This document shows positions 30,890-32,000 of a DNA stretch of 32,000 bases, in pieces. This DNA is from Mucisphaera calidilacus (GTDB taxonomy: Bacteria > Planctomycetota > Phycisphaerae > Phycisphaerales > Phycisphaeraceae), in NCBI RefSeq assembly GCF_007748075.1, contig NZ_CP036280.1:390001-422000 (forward strand). Reading direction: 5' to 3'. Position 1 is the stretch's first letter. Every line of letters starts with the position of its first letter. Position numbers and translations under genes: made by a program. A model generated the notes under the pieces. That model was not told the DNA's origin. It saw only the letters and a program-made list of their open reading frames with translations, and did no database searches.

Positions 30890-32000
30890 TTATGGATGCG
30901 ATGACGCCTCTTGCCAACGCCCGTAATGCGGATAATCCATCGGGCGAATCACCTTGCCGCCGATTCGCAAGGACGTAAAACGACTGGGAGGCAGCACGCC
31001 GGCCTCGGCCATCTCAAGACTGAGCCGCTCAGACCGTTCGGGCCTGATCTCCCGGGCCGCATCGATGACGTACAGCCAGTCGCTCGAAGGCTGCGCGGGC
31101 CTGAGTGCCTCAGCGAAGGAAAGGGCCGATTCTGCCAGCGAGGCCGTCGGGCTGACGTGCCGCTGAATCGACGTCGACAGCAGGCAGGCAAGCCGCAAAC
31201 GGCTAGGTTCGCCCCCACGAACGGGCTGATCCGGATCAGCAAGCCGATCTAGAAGCAGGGTTCCCAGCTGCTCCGTGGCAGCCGGAGGCAGAGCATGCAA
31301 CAGCAACTCGGGATCTGCGGGCAGCACGCGAGGGTGTGTGCTGTTGAGCAAACGCCCCAAACGCTCCTCCACCACCTCCCATTCGCCCCGAAGGGTCGCG
31401 AGCCGGGTCTCCAGACGCAGGAGTTCTGAGGCGGCCAACGAGGCAGATGCGATCTCGGTCCAGCGGCCGATCTGATCAAGCAGTTGCTGCTGCCTGTCCG
31501 GTGTCAAAGCGGCTGCATGATCAGAAAGCAGCCTAAGGAGGGTCGACGACGGCACATCGACCGGCGTAGGTTGCAGGATCATCCCCAAGTCATGGGTATC
31601 GATCGGCTCGGGCACAGAGATCACCCTCGGCGTCAACCCTGCCCGCTGACGCGCGAGTAACCAGCGTTTGAGTAATTCAGCCCGCTCGGGCCTGTTCAGC
31701 GGGAGGACCTTCAGCAGCTGAGCGATCCGAGCGTCATCCGGTGCGTTGCTCGCTCGCCCCAGCCATGCGGCCAGCGACTCGCCAGCCGCAGCATCCGGGG
31801 TTTCCAGCCTCGACGCCGTGGCAGCAAGCAACCGCAGGTCAAGCAGGTCCGGCTCGTCCTGCTGAGCGATGCGCGCGGTGAGTTCTTCCACGAGTTCTTG
31901 GGTCCGTCCCGCTGCAACGGCCGCGTCGGCCAGGCCCTCGATCAGCCCCGGGACATCGTTGCGGTCCGGCGTCGCCGTCGAGAGCCGCGCCTGGTACAGC
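30890..32000 (-). CDS. Hypothetical protein, A/L/R-rich and probably helical, possibly 5'-partial
   Basis: Long minus-strand ORF with high-GC codon usage ending at 30890. The ORF-track start is GTG 31891, but the frame has no stop between 31892 and the right edge, so the gene may start outside the window. No recognisable motif. Confidence 0.6.
   Translation of the reverse strand, partial: LYQARLSTATPDRNDVPGLIEGLADAAVAAGRTQELVEELTARIAQQDEPDLLDLRLLAATASRLETPDAAAGESLAAWLGRASNAPDDARIAQLLKVLPLNRPERAELLKRWLLARQRAGLTPRVISVPEPIDTHDLGMILQPTPVDVPSSTLLRLLSDHAAALTPDRQQQLLDQIGRWTEIASASLAASELLRLETRLATLRGEWEVVEERLGRLLNSTHPRVLPADPELLLHALPPAATEQLGTLLLDRLADPDQPVRGGEPSRLRLACLLSTSIQRHVSPTASLAESALSFAEALRPAQPSSDWLYVIDAAREIRPERSERLSLEMAEAGVLPPSRFTSLRIGGKVIRPMDYPHYGRWQEASSHP

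Noticed and set aside
1-32000. Scan for tRNA/rRNA genes, CRISPR arrays, transposases, integrases, IS inverted repeats, and toxin-antitoxin or defence-system genes.
   Set aside because: None recognised. Intergenic space is small, and every gap of about 100 nt or more is listed above. All long ORFs are accounted for by the surface-protein and CAZyme genes.

Overview
GC-rich bacterial chromosomal window with C/G-ending codons. AT-rich islands (30-42% G+C by hand count) occur only at three intergenic promoter regions. PEP-CTERM anchors, dockerin-like EF-hand pairs and HX9DG/DUF1559-like pseudopilins together suggest a PVC-superphylum genome, probably Planctomycetota/Phycisphaerae-like (inference only).

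Nt 1-15631 is the 3' part of one giant ORF that is still open at the left edge (>5,175 aa). It encodes a cysteine-free, very acidic mosaic surface protein with these modules:
- short hairpin-type repeats
- three beta-helix-like repeat arrays
- a roughly 700-aa region I cannot assign
- a cysteine-less C-type-lectin-like domain with EPN and WND motifs
- a roughly 615-aa segmented coiled coil
- a 7-repeat FG-GAP propeller that seems to be inserted into a PKD domain
- five tandem PKD domains
- a dockerin-like C-terminal cassette

Nt 15785-30765 looks like a LacI-controlled alpha-glucan (dextran-type) utilisation locus. A GH31 gene lies divergent from a LacI-family regulator. On the + strand follow a pseudopilin-like gene, two PEP-CTERM proteins, a GH66-like enzyme and a PEP-CTERM propeller-like protein. 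The two PEP-CTERM proteins are built from a module I do not recognise, and the GH66-like enzyme is fused to the same module plus dockerin-like repeats and a PEP-CTERM anchor. A convergent two-gene operon encodes a paralogous propeller-like protein and a second pseudopilin-like gene.

No SusC/D, ABC/MFS transporter, exosortase, T2SS/T4P machinery, tRNA, rRNA, CRISPR array or mobile element is visible. A 3'-terminal hypothetical gene runs off the right edge. All family assignments come from motif recognition by eye; no database search was possible.
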